Assembly: GCA_951406725.2 (NCBI GenBank)
Contig: OX597832.1
Coordinates: 15,934,001 to 15,998,000, forward strand
Direction of reading: 5' to 3'
Origin: Octopus vulgaris
Lineage: Eukaryota
Length of the DNA stretch: 64,000 nt
Both the position numbers and the translations under genes were made by a program. Of the stretch, positions 28,111 through 44,320 are shown in pieces. The notes beneath the pieces were generated by a model. The model did not search any database. It saw only the letters and a program-made list of their open reading frames with translations, and was not told the DNA's origin. Each line of letters opens with the position of its first letter. The stretch's first letter is position 1.

Positions 28111-28788
28111 ATATGTTAGTGCAAATGGATATGAAAGTAAACAGATAGACATACAGGTGGTATTAACAGATAAACGTAGAAAAATGCAGAGTGAAACACA
28201 TGACCTTATACACACCCACTTCACTTCACGCAAAAACACATATGGAGACACGCCCACATATATAGAGATACACATCCATACATAAAGACACAATGCATCG
28301 TTACAAAAGCCCATTCACACTAACAGACACACTGAGAGATGCGCACACAAGGAGATGGAAGTCAACAAACTCACACACACATGCAAACACAGACTCACAT
28401 AAAGACAGACACAACCACACACACAAAAACACATGAATATGCAATATACATAAATATATACATACACACGCACGTACATACATACATGGATATATGCACT
28501 TAGATGCATGCATACATACATGTGTATGCGTACACACACTGACCCATACGCATGCGCACAAAAAAAGGCTTCTCGGATAACAGACTGAGTTGACTGCTAT
28601 TGAAATGTTTGCAAGACGCAACGAAGATTTTAGAAAAATATGTAAGTAAATGAATGGGAAGTTTACCTGGGAGTGTATTAAATTATAAGGTACTACAAGA
28701 GAATGACTCTCTTCAGGAACAACGGAATATGGTCCAACACTCGACTCACATAAAGAATCTTGCAAACCAAATACCAAAACGAAATATA

Positions 28789-29013
28789 TTAGGGTTTCCG
28801 GAATGTTCGTGCCGATTTTTAAAGGAAAGGAAAAGGTCAATGAATATTTGCCATTACATTTTTAATCAACAAAATATGAACCATTTTGTTGCACAATGCG
28901 TCTACCTCTTCCTTTTAACTTGAAAATAACTCTTCCCGGAATTGAGATTCCTGGGAAGATGAGTCGATAGGTAAGCTACTATAAAATCGGCACGAACTTT
29001 CCGGACAACCCAA
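28789..29013. mobile_element. ~225-bp mariner-type MITE with ~30-bp TIRs and TA target duplication
   Basis: Left TA|TTAGGGTTTCCGGAATGTTCGTGCCGATTTT; right AAAATCGGCACGAACTTTCCGGACAACCCAA|TA. Confidence 0.85.
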
Positions 29014-29937
29014 TATAACGTTTATATAGAAGCAATTATTTATAGACACTCACTTACTCACTCATACGCAGACACGCGCAAGCAGATACACACTCGCAAA
29101 CGTATATCGATATGTGTCTGTGTGTTCGTGTGTGTGTAGATAGAAAGAAATATGTCCCTACCTACATACGCGCTCTCACAGAATATGATCATATGTAATG
29201 CATTAGCATTTGCTTGGTATAACGACACTAATTTCCAAACAATATTTCAATCGCACATTTTACTAGAAGGAAGCCAATTACCTCAACATTTACTCCCCAT
29301 ATGAATTATGATCGTGTTTATTATGGTAAAATATATATTCTACAATAATTTTTCTCCTAATGTATCATTTTGTTTTCTGACTTTCTTGACTTATTGTACG
29401 TTGCTGCCAATAGATGAGTTAACATGCACATCATATATGGTTAGGTCATTCGATCAGAAATTAGATCAATGATATATTTCCTAGAAAATTGTAAGCAGTA
29501 TGAAACAGGTTTTAGTTGTATGAGTCCCGATTACCATGGGTTTTCTCTTCTTCAAATACGTTGTTCTTTATTCAATAAATAATCCTATCATATATGCATT
29601 AGCTTAGGATCCAGCAGAAATGGCGTTATCTCTGTAAGCACATGCCACAAATGATAATAAACCGTAAAAACATGATTCTATTTCTTTCCTTTCCTTCCTC
29701 GTTGTACATATGACAATGGAACTCAATTTACTCTGAATGCCATAAAAGTAATAACAATTAGGATTTTCACTTCGGTTCTTCATTATTGTCACCGACTTCT
29801 GTTACGTTTCACAGATTTTAAAAGAATGTGTTTTTTTTCTCAATGCAGATTGGGCTTCAGAAAATGCATGTTGCGTTTAATACGTATATTTCTAAAGGGG
29901 GATTCTGCACAAAAATACAGGGACGGACAATCCTATA

Positions 29938-30300
<363 letters not shown>

Positions 30301-30898
30301 CACAGGACGATATTTAGAAATTGCACACGCAACATATATATGTATGTATGCATGTATGTACAAACATGGTGTTTTGGTATTAGTAGGCATTGGCGTAAGT
30401 ATTTACATATAGATTTAGAGAGAGATAATGCTATACCCTACTTTAAATAAAAGCCTATACCATAGTGAATTGTTCAATATGATGTCCTACCGTAAGAAGA
30501 GCATATTTCTCATTACCTAAAAAATAACTCTAGTATACAACACGCAAATCTATATTCTATATAACCTTATAAGTCTGTTGATACATGGTTATTACAACAC
30601 GATATCTATGCAAATTTTATCGTAATGGTTTATCATAAATTGCATCAGGAATTCAAATAACTATGACCCATAATCGCTTTAGCAGTAAACCCTTTTATTA
30701 ACTTGTTTGCTGAATTGGAGATTCTTAATATAACAGCTTTGTTTCTGCCTTCTCTACACGCAGATTTTCGTGCTGTTTATTTATACTTATTATGTATGAT
30801 GTTTCAGTAAAAGTTTTTTTCTTGTAGGTCTTTATTCAAGGTGATAGTAATATCTTTCCTTTTCGTGTTCTCTCCTGAACCAATGCCGACGGAAGCGA

Positions 30899-31154
30899 TA
30901 GCAGCAGCAGCATCATTAGTGGTAATAGTAGTAGTAGAAGTAGTAGTATTAGTATTAGTATTAGTAGTAGTGGTAGTAGTATTAGTAGTAGTAGTAGCAA
31001 TATTAGTAGTAGTAGTAGTAGTAGAAGTAGTAGTAGTAGTGGTGGTGGTGGTGGCGGCGGCGGCGGTGGTGGTGGTGGTTGTGGTGGTGGTGGATGTGGC
31101 AGTGGTGGCGGTGGTGGTAATAGTAGTAGTAGTAGTAGCAGCAGTAGCAACATC

Positions 31155-31219
<65 letters not shown>

Positions 31220-31232
31220 TAGTAGTAGTAGT
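30899..31232. repeat. (GTA)n/(GTG)n/(GCG)n/(GCA)n trinucleotide tract
   Basis: Direct reading; explains the poly-V and poly-L/P ORFs. Confidence 0.95.
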
Positions 31233-32178
31233 GCATTGGATGATTCATTTATTTATGATGTTGAACGTCACGTTAGACCGGGAATAGTCAGCCTACCATC
31301 AAACACGGAATAGCAATCGTGTGCAAATATGATATTCAGTTGTTCCTACCGAACATTCAATCTCACGTTTCCTTTTTGTAACATAAGATTTCACTACTGT
31401 TTCTACAAAGTTAAACGGCAAAAACTATTTATTTGTATTATGACTTGCATTTCCTAAACATGCGATGAAACTAGCCCAATTCCTTCCCGAAATAATTTTG
31501 CTATACCTACATACATCCATACATACGTCCGCATAAACATGTGTCTGAGTGCGGCCTTGTGTGTTGCGTATTACATGTGCGTGCATATATATATTTATAT
31601 ATATATATATTCTTTCTCTCTTTGCTTTACCTTCCCCCCTCTCTCTCTCTCACTCTTCCTCATCTCTCTCTCAGCCGTTCGTCTTCCTCTATCTCTCTCT
31701 CTTTCACTTCTCCTCATCTTTGCCACTGCTAGCCAAAACCACTTCCATTTACATGCGGCTTTCAAACTATAAAGACACACATTTGTGTTCTCATGCGCTG
31801 CTAGAATCTCCTTCGTCTCAGCCAGAAAAAAGGCATTTTCGTTTGTTTTCTTGTTTGTTTTCTTGTTTATTTTAATTTTTACTTCTCGTATTGTATTTTC
31901 TTTTTATTTCTCGTATTGTATTTTCCTGTACATGTATTTTTATCTTGTATTTTATTTTGTAGTTTTATTTGTATCGTTTTTACGTCCTGTTTGTGATACA
32001 TATTTTTCTTGCTTGTTTTTACCCCTCTGCGAGGCAATTTTATTTTAATTGTCTCGCAGGAAGGATTAGTTTAGCGAGTCGTGTCCTGTCTTGCCTTCAA
32101 AACACGCTGGGGCCGAACTAGTGACAGCTGATGATAGGGTATTTTTCCTTGTGTAGTATGTCCTGTACTTGTTTTTTC

Positions 32179-32299
32179 TGTTGTAAAATAATGGTTTTTC
32201 CGTTTTCGTTTCTCGTTGAGTTCTACGTCTCTGTTATTTTGTTGTAAAAATATGGTTTTTCCGTTTTCGTTTTTCGTTTCTCGTTGACGTCTACGTCTA
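32179..32299 (+). repeat. ~60-bp tandem duplication
   Basis: tgttgtaaaa..atggtttttccgttttcgttt...ctcgttga..tctacgtct x2. Confidence 0.8.
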
Positions 32300-32411
32300 G
32301 TTGTGGTGCCCTGTACTCACGTGTATATATATGTATATATGCATGTATATATACATGTAGATGTAGGTACGTAAATATATGTTTGTATGTATGCATATAT
32401 TTTATTTATTA

Positions 32412-32497
<86 letters not shown>

Positions 32498-32892
32498 TAT
32501 CGTGTTTTGATTGTTATTCTATCTGTGTGCGTTCTATGTGTTTATATAATCTATGATGTTATTGATAATATTTTACTCGTGTTCCATAATTAGCTGAATG
32601 TCATCAGATGATTATTGCCATACATTTAAATCTAAAATATGGCGAATAAAAAAGTTTTTTTTAACACTCCTATTTTATTACACTTCTTCGTCATTTATAT
32701 TGTCGCATACTAGGGACATTTTAGTTTTCGAAAAAATGTGAGAACACAAATTATTGTCTTAAAACAATTGTCGCTTACTGCTTTCAGTTTAAGTATGCAT
32801 TTTCCGAGTTCAGTAGGCCTTTTTTACGAACACTAAACGAAGAGCTGGCCAGATATCCAACAAGATAGATAAATAGATACCGAAGAAAGAGA

Positions 32893-32940
<48 letters not shown>

Positions 32941-33777
32941 AAGAAGCAGACAGACAGATTGATTTTTTTGGCAAGTCGATAAATAGATCTATTGTTTTGT
33001 GTTTGAATTAATGATTGATTCATAGATAAATACACTGACAGATACCAAATATATAGACAAATATAATAACTTCCAGAAACAAAATTTATTGCAGAAATAT
33101 CAATCTAGCAGAATGCATCGCATTTCTACTTTATTGCATCTCTATATTACGCACATCTATTATCTTATCATTGGTAGATGCAGTACATTATTTGTTATGT
33201 CTCACGCCAGCAGCAGTTCTCATGTTGCGCAAGTGTCGAAATAGTATATTAACGTAGCCCAATTAAATGTGGTTTTGGCTAAAATCCAGAGAATTGCTAC
33301 ACAGGGACACTGTAGCACGAAGCATATAGATTGCAAGCTCGTACACCGACATTTTGAGGAAAAGCATCGGATTTTTCAAGAGCAATGATTATTTTCCGGG
33401 AAGATGTCTAACTCTATCAACCCTCTGTTACATTAATTCAGAAGCCAGCATTGATAGGGAATTGCATTTCATATTCAATGCATAAATTACTTTAAATTTG
33501 ATAGCAAGCCACCTTCTCTAATTATGACAGCTATAGCTCATTCTTTATTGCAACATATGACTTGATAGTTGCATTAATATTCACGGTTAGTTCTATCTTC
33601 GTAATTTCAGATTAGAACTTTGGGTGCTTATGCTGTGAACATGCGCAACAAATAACATTCGAAAGCGATTCTTTTAAGAAAGGTGGTACGAACAATTGAT
33701 CGTACATGGTTTTACAAAACATTACCTCAAAAATTCTCATTTCGCTTGTATGTAAAGTGTTTAACACAATATACAGA

Positions 33778-34518
33778 TCTATTATATAAAATCCGGTTTG
33801 TCTTTGTGTATGGCTGTGTCTTCTCGAATCTCGGGCATCTTCGATCCGGTTTCACTCAAATTTGATATGTAGATATCGACGGTATCAGGACGTGTATACG
33901 TCCTGAAAAAAATTACAAAAATCGATTCCAGGTGAGAATGCGGTCGGTTAGTCCGTGGGAACGTGCATTTGCAAAATCGTTTTTCTTGGAATAGAAAAAG
34001 TCTATCTTTATTTCTTCTTTTGCTGGTGTCTCAAATTTAGGTTATATCGACGTTTCTTAAAGGGGAGACCTATGGGACGGTCGGGCATGTTGTTTTGAAA
34101 GAATTTGGTTTCAATGTTTGACAACTCAGCACCGTCCATTGGACCGTGGCGTTTTGCGTCTACAAATCGGAATTTCCTGACGAATATTGTTGGGATAAAA
34201 CTTATATCATTAGCACAAACTGTGTTTGAATAGATTCAAATCCCTTTGAACCACAATGATGAATTTAGTGTCTAATATCAACTGAACACTTTCAGTTGAG
34301 AAGCCGATATTGGAATCCCGGGATCCATCTCAATCGACAAATTTCCCCAAATATAGAAAATAATTATTTTTTTAAATTTGTAAACTTGGTATTTTGATTG
34401 TCTTGCAGCAGGTGGGTGTAAATATATTATCAAATTATAACCCAGTCTTTATTGGAAAGACAACAGTGTAAAGGTGTCAATTATTTTCGAATACCGTGTT
34501 TCGAAGGGCGAGCTCTAG
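33778..34518 (+). mobile_element. Probable non-autonomous Helitron-like element
   Basis: A|TCTATTATATAAAATCC... start, followed by gtctttgtgtatggctgtgtc and ccggtttcactcaaatttg; ends ...GAGCTCTAG|T (5' TC, 3' CTAG, A/T insertion site); subterminal hairpin weak. Confidence 0.4.
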
Positions 34519-36239
34519 TCACAATCAACAGTATACAACGCAGAAAAACGCAGACAGTATACATCGCAGACAAAGATTCCAACAGTGTGTGTGCGAAAGT
34601 TTAGATAATTCATATGAAATAGTTAGCATCCCTAACGCAGCGTATGAAATGCCTTCATCTCAGTTCTTAAATGCATGCAAAATCAATGGTGCAAAGTATA
34701 TAAAAACCAACTGCCGAAAGCATACTGGTGTATTTACCGCCATCTTTTCTGCAATAGATTCTGAAAACGCAACGTTACTATTCAGGTGTGATATTGTATA
34801 GGGTCTAATTAGAGAAAGGATTCAACATTTGCGAGAAGGACGACTGTCTAAACTTTCTCTTTCTATTCAGTTGTCGAGGCTTTTTTTAATTCACTAAAAT
34901 CTTAGTAGAATAGAGTCTCTGATCTCTGCAGTCTTCTGCAGGTGTCTGACACTAAAGTCCATATTCGTGATTCCCGTTGCAAATGTAAATGCATAAAGAG
35001 GTTATGGGACAAAAATGGTGCATAAATATGTGAGCATGTTACAAACAGTTCTAATAAAATTACATCATAGAAGATAACAAATATTGATTTGTACATTTTC
35101 CCATATATAATAACGCTCGAAAAAATAGCACACTCTTCCATGCTCCAACTTATTACACAATCTAACTATAGTTGCACCAACTCCTGCAGATTATTATGTG
35201 TTGATCTGTTTCATGGCTTGTAATTAATACTCTCTTATGTATGTGTATATGTGTAAATGAATCTCTTCTTGAAGTTGTGTTTGTGCATTTAGTTATGGCA
35301 CGGTTATGGCAACGAACACGTTGATATGTCTGTAAATAGGATGATTTTTATTCTTCATTGCGAAACATCTTGAATATGACTATCCAAATATAAGCTAGTT
35401 CTCTCACAAATTTAAATAACTGAAATACGGTTTAAGTTATATGAATTTCAGTGGAAACCATATGGGATTTTTTTTTTTTTGAAAGGAGGTGTCTCAAACT
35501 AAAATATAAAAATACAACAATTATTAGTGAGGAAACATCAACTTCCCACGAATTATATATCACTGAAAATTTTGAGAATGAAAAGTATTCTTAAATAATT
35601 GGATAGGTGTGGAATTTAGTGTCGAAATTACAATATAGGAATTCTTGTACAAGGTGGAAATTGATAGGTTGTACAAAAAGTAAAGAAAATACACTTATAT
35701 ATCAAAAAGTTAAATTATATTTGAAACATCTCAAATTATCAACTAGATTGTGGCGAACAGGACACAACAGTTTGCTCAACGTAGCCACCATCAATTTCCC
35801 TATAGAGTCAAGACGGCCCAGAGATGTGGAGCATGCTTTCCTCTACATTGAATTTAATATAAATCTATTGCGTGCACAAACTTATTACATAAATAAGCCT
35901 AAGAGAAGTAGGTTCGTTTATGTGATAAACGGACATTTACGGAAGTAGAAGTTCACGTCGGAAGGTAATATGAAGAAAGCTAGTATAATTATAAAAAATT
36001 AGAAAGAAAGTTAGACAGGTCTTTTATTTGTTACCTTCTTTTTTGGCGAAAAAATTTTTTTGATTGCCGATCTAGCATGCAACGAAAATATCTAAGAGTA
36101 TTTATCAAATTTAAAGTAAATTAACAAACCAAATAACCGGTTTAATTTACATAATTACGTTAGGGCCAGTGACTCTTTCTTAATGAATTAGATGAATCGT
36201 TGACACTTATGAAACTGTAGTTTGATCGTCCCATACGAC

Positions 36240-36338
36240 AATTAATGGTTTAATTACAATTTGATGTTGATGTTATAGAAGAAGCTAAAGTATAAAATGA
36301 ATAAAATTTAAAGATCGTTAACATTGACATTACGGAAT
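36240..36338 (+). repeat. Dispersed ~100-bp repeat, copy 2
   Basis: Matches 21753-21852. Confidence 0.8.
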
Positions 36339-36752
36339 AAGCGCAAGCATTAACGACAGTATAAAAACGGCTTTACATAGCCGTTTGAATTGAAATGAAG
36401 GCCTTATTCAAAGATGCGGGGAAAAGTTCCGTTCTCCGGAATAATTGAGAGTGCCTAAACACTTGCTTTGGCTCTTCCTACTGTCAACGGCTTCCTTTCC
36501 TAACACTTGTTCGTGTTAGGTCTTACAGACTTTACAGCGTTCACAGGGTATGGAGCATCTGTCATGATATCAGCATTTTTAGACCAATCTCGAATCATTA
36601 TGATACACCTAACTCATTTCCAGTATTCCGCTGACTTCCTCTCTTCCATGTCAGCTTACTTTTTTTTTAACTGGAACATTTCGCGTCATCTTCTCCAACG
36701 CCACTAGTTGTTCACCAATGCATGAAGTTGTCCAGAAAAAAAGGAAACAACA

Positions 36753-37164
36753 GGCGCAGGAGTGGCTGTGTGGTAAGTAGCTTGCTAACCAGCCGCATGG
36801 TTCCGGGTTCAGTCCCACTGCGTGGCATCTTGGGCAAGTGTCTTCTGATATAGCCCCGGGCCGACCTATGCCTTGTGAGTGGATTTGGTAGACGGAAACT
36901 GAAAGAAGCCTGTCGTATATATGTATATATATATGTATGTGTGTGTTTGTGTGTCTGTGTTTGTCCCTCTAGCATTGCTTGACAACTGATGCTGGTGTGT
37001 TTACGTCCCCGTCACTTAGCGGTTCGGCAAAAGGGTCCGATAGAATAAATATTAGGCTTACAAAGAATAAGTCCTGGGGTCGATTTGCTTGACTAAAGGC
37101 GGTATTCCAGCGTGGCCGCAGTCAAATGACTGAAACAATTAAAAGAGTAAAGAGTAAAGAGTAA
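36753..37164 (+). mobile_element. Full-length SINE family A
   Basis: GGCGCAGGAGTGGCTGTGTGGTAAG...GGTTCAGTCCC...(AAAGAGT)n tail. Confidence 0.92.
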
Positions 37165-39525
37165 CAACAAGTATGTGATTTAGCCCGAACACCCTAATTT
37201 TTCGATAATAAATATGTTGGTAAAATAAAGTAGGGAACAGGGGTGGCGAGTCAATAAAAAAAGTTCATTATAAATCGTCTGTACGAATCTGTTGCGCAAT
37301 AATAGATCCTTTTCTCGAAAATGTTATTATCTGAGAAAATCTGCGTACTCATACAGGCCTTGTTGGGAAGGAAGTTTTGTACGGTGCCGTTGTATTAAAA
37401 TCACACAGTGTAAAGCTTATAAATGACAGTTGGATCGTCATGAAAATGGCAATGGCGTGTGGTTTACTACAATCTACTAAAATCAATTTCCATCTGTTGG
37501 GATAAAACAGTGTGTTGAAATCAGATCAAATGATGCTACATTCATAATGCAATTTTCAACTATCACAATCAAATTTGTGTCTGAGAACTTGCAACCGTGT
37601 CCAAAATTACTTTGTTGGTGAGACGCAGGCACAAGGTGATTTTATCTCATTTTGAGTATAAACAAAATATATGGCCATTAAATATTGCATCATAGTTTGC
37701 TTTCTCTGATTCCTCGTATTCACAAATTAGAAATAGAGATTCAGCATTACACAGTTTTCTTTGTATAACTATGTGGAATAACATAGACAAAAGGACTGCA
37801 TATATCTATATGGAGTAACAGCGAAATGACATCAGAACATTCATTTTTCTCTTCTGTGTTCCTTTATTTATGGAATAATAAGCAATACGATACATGAAAT
37901 TACTTTCAATCTCCAAATGTCCTATTTTGTGTAGATTATAATATCCGAATATAATATAATCATTTAGACATTAATTATTTCAATATGAGCATCATATATA
38001 TTTTAAATAAATATTAATTTTTTTAAAATAAGAGTTCACCTGATTTCAATTAAAGTTCATATAATTTAAACCGCTCATCATTTCTTTCAATTTCAGACAC
38101 GCTTGTTTTAATTATGAAATGTGTTTATTTATTGAAATTCAAATGATTTAATCATTGTTTAAGCTGTTTTAATTTGATTGTTCCAAGTTGTAAAGTCTGG
38201 AAACTCACTTTGTAAGTGAAAACAAAATATTTTCGCCATCTCTTCATAGTGACCATAGTCTTTCTGACATCAGAAAGCTAATTATAAACTAGTAAAGTTT
38301 AAAATCCAATTTACGTACATAAGTACACCAACTCAGAATTAAAAAAAAAATATATTCCTCCCGCATCTCCATAGTGGCTTACATACTCAGCAAATAGAGC
38401 TATGATACTAATATTAGCTGAACCTATGCTGTCAAATATGACGGCTAAATGTAGTATTTTATATATAAATACGGTACGAAGCAAAAGTTTTAGTTTGATA
38501 TTTCTTTTATTACCAAATATTTCATGAAAAATCTATCAGCGACGAACGTCGTTTGACTGCTTGTTTTCTTCACAAGAATTTTAGTTTTCCTTCCTTCTTG
38601 TATTACTTAAGGGCACATAAAGCCGACCGTGAATAAATACGGGAGCTGGCATATACATACCATATATACAGAGTGGAAAATCCGTTTGATTTTTCTTTTC
38701 AGGTTTGTATGTTCACCTTCCCACTTCCATTGCACACACGCACACAGACAGAAAGACACACACACACACATACATGCCCCACACACACACATTCAAATAT
38801 CTACCTTTTATATACACTTAAATATATTGACACATCGTTGAAACGCTGATTCTTTTTTCACCGTAGAATCTCCACCATTCTACTACCAGTCTTCCATCAC
38901 CCCTCATTCCTCATTCATCTATCACCCCTTCTTTTCTCATTTATATGTTGTGAACGAGAAAAATCCTTAGATTATTATCATAATATAGGATATAGACCAT
39001 CAAAATATCCTCGTATGGAATGTAACACGTTCGACAAAGTATTTCCCGCAAAATACTTTCATTAAAATTTCTCTTTAATAATGCAAGTAGGAGGATAATT
39101 AAAATTTTTATACTTCTGATTCTATAGCACATGTATGTAATTGCAGAATGTTAAACGGACGATCCTTCTATTAACGTAATTATTTTCTTGCATTAAAACT
39201 TGTTATCTCTATATTTTCATTTCTCCCTGAAATTTTATTTTACATTAATATTCTAATAATTGGCTGACATCTGATAATTTTGGATGTGATTTTTGATTAG
39301 TTATTTGGCTTTTATCGCGAATAATTCCGAAATGAATTTCAAAATACAAATCCGAGTTTTATCACTATAGAATAAAGAAGAATAGAATCATAGGTAAAAA
39401 AAAACAATACATGTATGTACACATGTTTGTAAGTACACAATGCGTACGCAAATGCACACAAACACCCACTACACACACTTATATGTATGTGTATGCGTTC
39501 GTTTGTATACGATCATATATATGAA

Positions 39526-39574
<49 letters not shown>

Positions 39575-40035
39575 CTATAAAAATTTACGCAAACACATGC
39601 ACACAAAAAATGTTCATACGCTTGCCGATCATACGGCTTCAAATTAACGCTCTAGAACCAAGATAAAGTGATATATAAACTTCGTTCTGACACTTTATCT
39701 GTAACATGCACTAAAATAAACAGTTGACATCGAATAAGTTTCGAATCTAAACTACAGCAATATCGTACATGATAACCTAACAGAGTTGTCATTGAATATT
39801 GAAGTAAATGATTTTGAGAATGTATAATTTCGGGTTCTCATGAAGTGTGCATTTGCATGCACGAAAATGTCGTTCATAAGCCTCTAAAATACAAGCAGAG
39901 TCACATGCTTACAGCTGTTCCTGCTAACCCCGGAACAGACATTGTTCCTGACGATAATCGTATATCTACTTTCGTTGCCTATGCCTGACCAAGTTACTTA
40001 TATGAAAACGTGCACAAATATGTTGATACACACAT

Positions 40036-40087
<52 letters not shown>

Positions 40088-41103
40088 GAACGATTCTTTG
40101 ATACTATAGTATAGTAAAAGAAGCAATGCGAGACTCAGAGAATATGCATTAAAGAATTGAAATTACAATGCTAAATAAAGTGTGTGTAAACTTAGCTAGC
40201 CCTGTTGTAGTTTGCAACACTTTCGTACTTTCGAATTCCAGAAAAAATTACAAAACAAAAAATAAATGCCAGTATATAATCAGAGGTTGCTTCCGTTAAC
40301 ATTCGCTTTCATAGAACTCAAAACACTACAATACGAAATGCTATAAATTTTTCTTTTTGATCCCTTGTTAATAATCATTCTGTAAATTAGAGATGTGTTA
40401 AATATTTATTAATTGAATAGACAACGGTAGGGACTACCAACGCATGTCAATGAAAGGTTTGAACGTACGTTTTATATCGGGTTTACTTTCTGCCCATATG
40501 TTCATTGTAGATTTATAAAATTCGTAACAAAACACTTTTCGCGTTCATTTACTAACAATGAATATCGGTGCAGGCTATACAATGCAACAGTTGGATGTTC
40601 CTTATTTCTTGACACAACAATAGATGATTGCGGCAGAGGCTTCCTGGTTAAATGATTCAGAAATATATATATAAAAAGATAAAACAGATTATAATGTAGA
40701 ACTCTAATAATACTAGATGTTCCGCCTCTCCTTTCCACTATACAATAATTCATTAATGGCCGAATACCCAGATGTACACGGGTTTAAAATGGAATATATT
40801 TTACGTTCCCCAAGGAAAACAAACTGCGTTCAATAACATTTTCTTTTAAATATATCTTCGTGTAGAAATTAGATGAATTGATTAGTACGTGAAATCAAAG
40901 AAGTCTTAAAACATAACGTCCCGAGTATTTACCATTTAAGTGTTGGCGATTAAGTATTACTGACGTAGATTTTTTTTCTTTGCCAATATAAAGTAAAATA
41001 GCTTTATTGCTGTATCGTAAATGACGCATTTTCTGGACATATCCCATTATAGCATACATCAATTTTTTGTACATAACGGCTAAAGCTATGGAGAACAAAG
41101 AAA

Positions 41104-41332
<229 letters not shown>

Positions 41333-41759
41333 TTCGTTCATAGATGAGAATCAGATATTGACTGTATAGAATATACAGAATAGAAATGATATCGAGGATT
41401 AAAGGGACTAATGTAATAACAGCTGTTTCTAGAGGATCAGTGGTCCGATATAACGTTGGTAGGTTTATTCCATCTTCGCATGAGATGAATTTCCGTCTTC
41501 AGGGAAGAGATTTTGCATCTGAAATGGTGAAAGGAAGACCAAAATTTTATTTCGCAATACGGGTTCTATTCTGTTTAACTCGGACCTCTTTGTATATACG
41601 AGGTTTAATTAATAAGTATCAGGACTGTTACCATGTATATATGTATAAATGTATGCATGCATGATTGTATGTATATATGAATACAGCTTGCTTCGGATTC
41701 CGTGATTCTTCAAGTTTCACAGCCCCTATCAGTTCCTCCTTCCTGAGGCTACTGGGATG

Positions 41760-41829
<70 letters not shown>

Positions 41830-44267
41830 CATATATCAATGTTAAGAAATATGCTAAAAGAAGGATTCTTTATACTATCCTCGTTTATGTAGAGCCACAT
41901 ATCTACTCTTGAAATGTCAGAGAAAAGAAACATGTGTCAAGTTGAATATTACCAACGTCGGTCGGCTTGATTATGTACAAGCAGGCAGATGAAAGCGTGC
42001 CGTGAAACTGCTTGAAATATTAACGCATCGTGGTATTTCTCATTTCAGAAGTATTATATCATAAAGGATAAAAGCTATATTGCTCGAAATATTCGAAAGT
42101 TATTTTAGATAATTAAGTTGGTCGCACTGCCGATATTTTACAATGCGTATAGCTTACACGACTTTCAAACATATAGACGTGGATAAACGTAGCGTAAAAC
42201 ACAAACAATTACACACACATAGACATATACTCACAGACACAGACATGCGCATGCACACACAGACAAATACAAATACGCACATTTATATAGAATTCATGTC
42301 GAGGAGACAAAAACATTTTACTCTTTCAATAGTGTTATTATTTACATGCGGAACTAATTTTAATAAGCGTTGGTTCTGCTCTTTCGTTGTTCAGTATATT
42401 TTTGCAGTCTTAATCCCTTGTTTGGCACATGAACTTCAGTATAGGAATGAGTGGCATTTAGTGTTTAAAACACGATTTGAAATGTTTAGATATGTTGTAT
42501 TCAGTCAAAATATTTGATAATTTGGAATTAATGTATAATGGAAATATGCTTTATTGGAAAACCCATGATAAAAATGATTTTCCGGATGAAAAGGGAACAT
42601 GACAACAACTAATTAAACGTTCAGTAAAATATGTTCATGCCAAAACCAGCTTCGTTCTTCTACCATCATTAGTGATCCACCATATTCTTATCTATATTCA
42701 TCAGATATTACAATTTCTTAGGGATTATATCTATAAGATTGAAATGAAAATGCGTATCAAGTAATTTAATATAATGATGGAAATGTATTACCCATAATGC
42801 CTTTCATTTCAAGATATATTCTAATGTAGAAAGACACATTTATTCTTGGTGTAATCATCTGAACCACGCAAATCAATAGGCATGGCGTACTGAGTTTCAC
42901 TTTTGTACTAAAGAAATATCCAGTTATTCAAAATCTATGCCTCCAGATATGTCATGCTTTCTTATTTGAGAATTTAAAATAATTATGCTTATACATCTCC
43001 ATAGAAATATGTGTCTCCTCTCTTTGCATAGAATTAAGTAAATAGTTTATGTATTCTGTCATGATATAGTTCCGAGATATTTTAGTACACATGTGTAACG
43101 TATTGCTTGTTAAATTTGAAAAGCACTATGTTGCAATCATGTACAATTTAGATGTTCCAATGCTTTCATGTTTCAGGTTACCTGAAGGAAAATCTTATTT
43201 CATTATTCCAATAATTCTATATTACATTCTTTCATCATCAATTCTTTTTGTTAGATTTTATTCTCTTCGTCTGGCACCATGAGGGTGCAAGTTATCTTAC
43301 CGGATCCATTCATACTGCTATACATTCACGAGTCAAAACAAAGAAACAAACCCATACGTATATTCCTAATTACTGAGATTTTAACTGTCAATACCCATTA
43401 TATATGATATAGCAAAGAATCGTTTGCGTTAGAGATGTAATGTATTTGTTTAAAATGGAAGGCACGTAGACTTGTATAGTAGAAGATGAAAGTATCTACA
43501 ATTACAGGTCCATAAAAATAATTGCCTCGTAGAGAGTTGGAAAAACCAATAATTGAAGAGTTGAAAGACTCGCACGAGAAATTATATCATAAATGCTAGT
43601 ATCCTCGCAGACCGCATAAAGATAAGTTCAGAAAAATAAAAAGTTTGTCTTGCATTACCATAATCCATTTTTTGTTGATTTTCGCTTTACAAACGTATGC
43701 GAACTTTTCAATTGGTTTGCTTCAAACGTCTATATTGGTACTTGAGTTCTCGACCCGCAGGGATAAAACGCAAAGTAGACACTACAAATTTTATAAAATA
43801 CTATAAATCAGTTTCAGAGAATAGCGGGTTTGTCAAAACGACAAAAGGCAATAGAATAATGTATAATTAACTTACCAGACATTGTTCTATATAGGAAATA
43901 TTCTCATCAATAATTACACTGCTTGCTAAATCACTGTATAATAAATTATGTGCAGCACGAACTATACATTAAATACAAAACACTATGAAAAATTATCATA
44001 ATTCAATATCTGACATTAGGAAACTTATTAATCTTGTAAAAGCAAATGTCAGTAGAGTATTGGCTGGTTTACATTATATTAAGCAAAGTATATTTGATAA
44101 AACTACTTTGCTCTTTATTCAGTTATATTGCTTATTAGCTCCATCGTAAATATATTACATGCTGTGTATGTTTTCCTATGTATCTGATGCTATCTGTTTA
44201 CAATCTTATAGGCATTCCTACGTCTACATAAATACCCATTCACATACGTACGTACGTACGTACGTAC

Positions 44268-44320
<53 letters not shown>

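Noticed and set aside
32124-32166. ACAG CTGATGA T AGGG..TCCT T GTGT...GTC CTGT hammerhead-like fold
   Set aside because: Helices I and II and a GUC are present, but the essential GAAA is GTGT and there is no helix III
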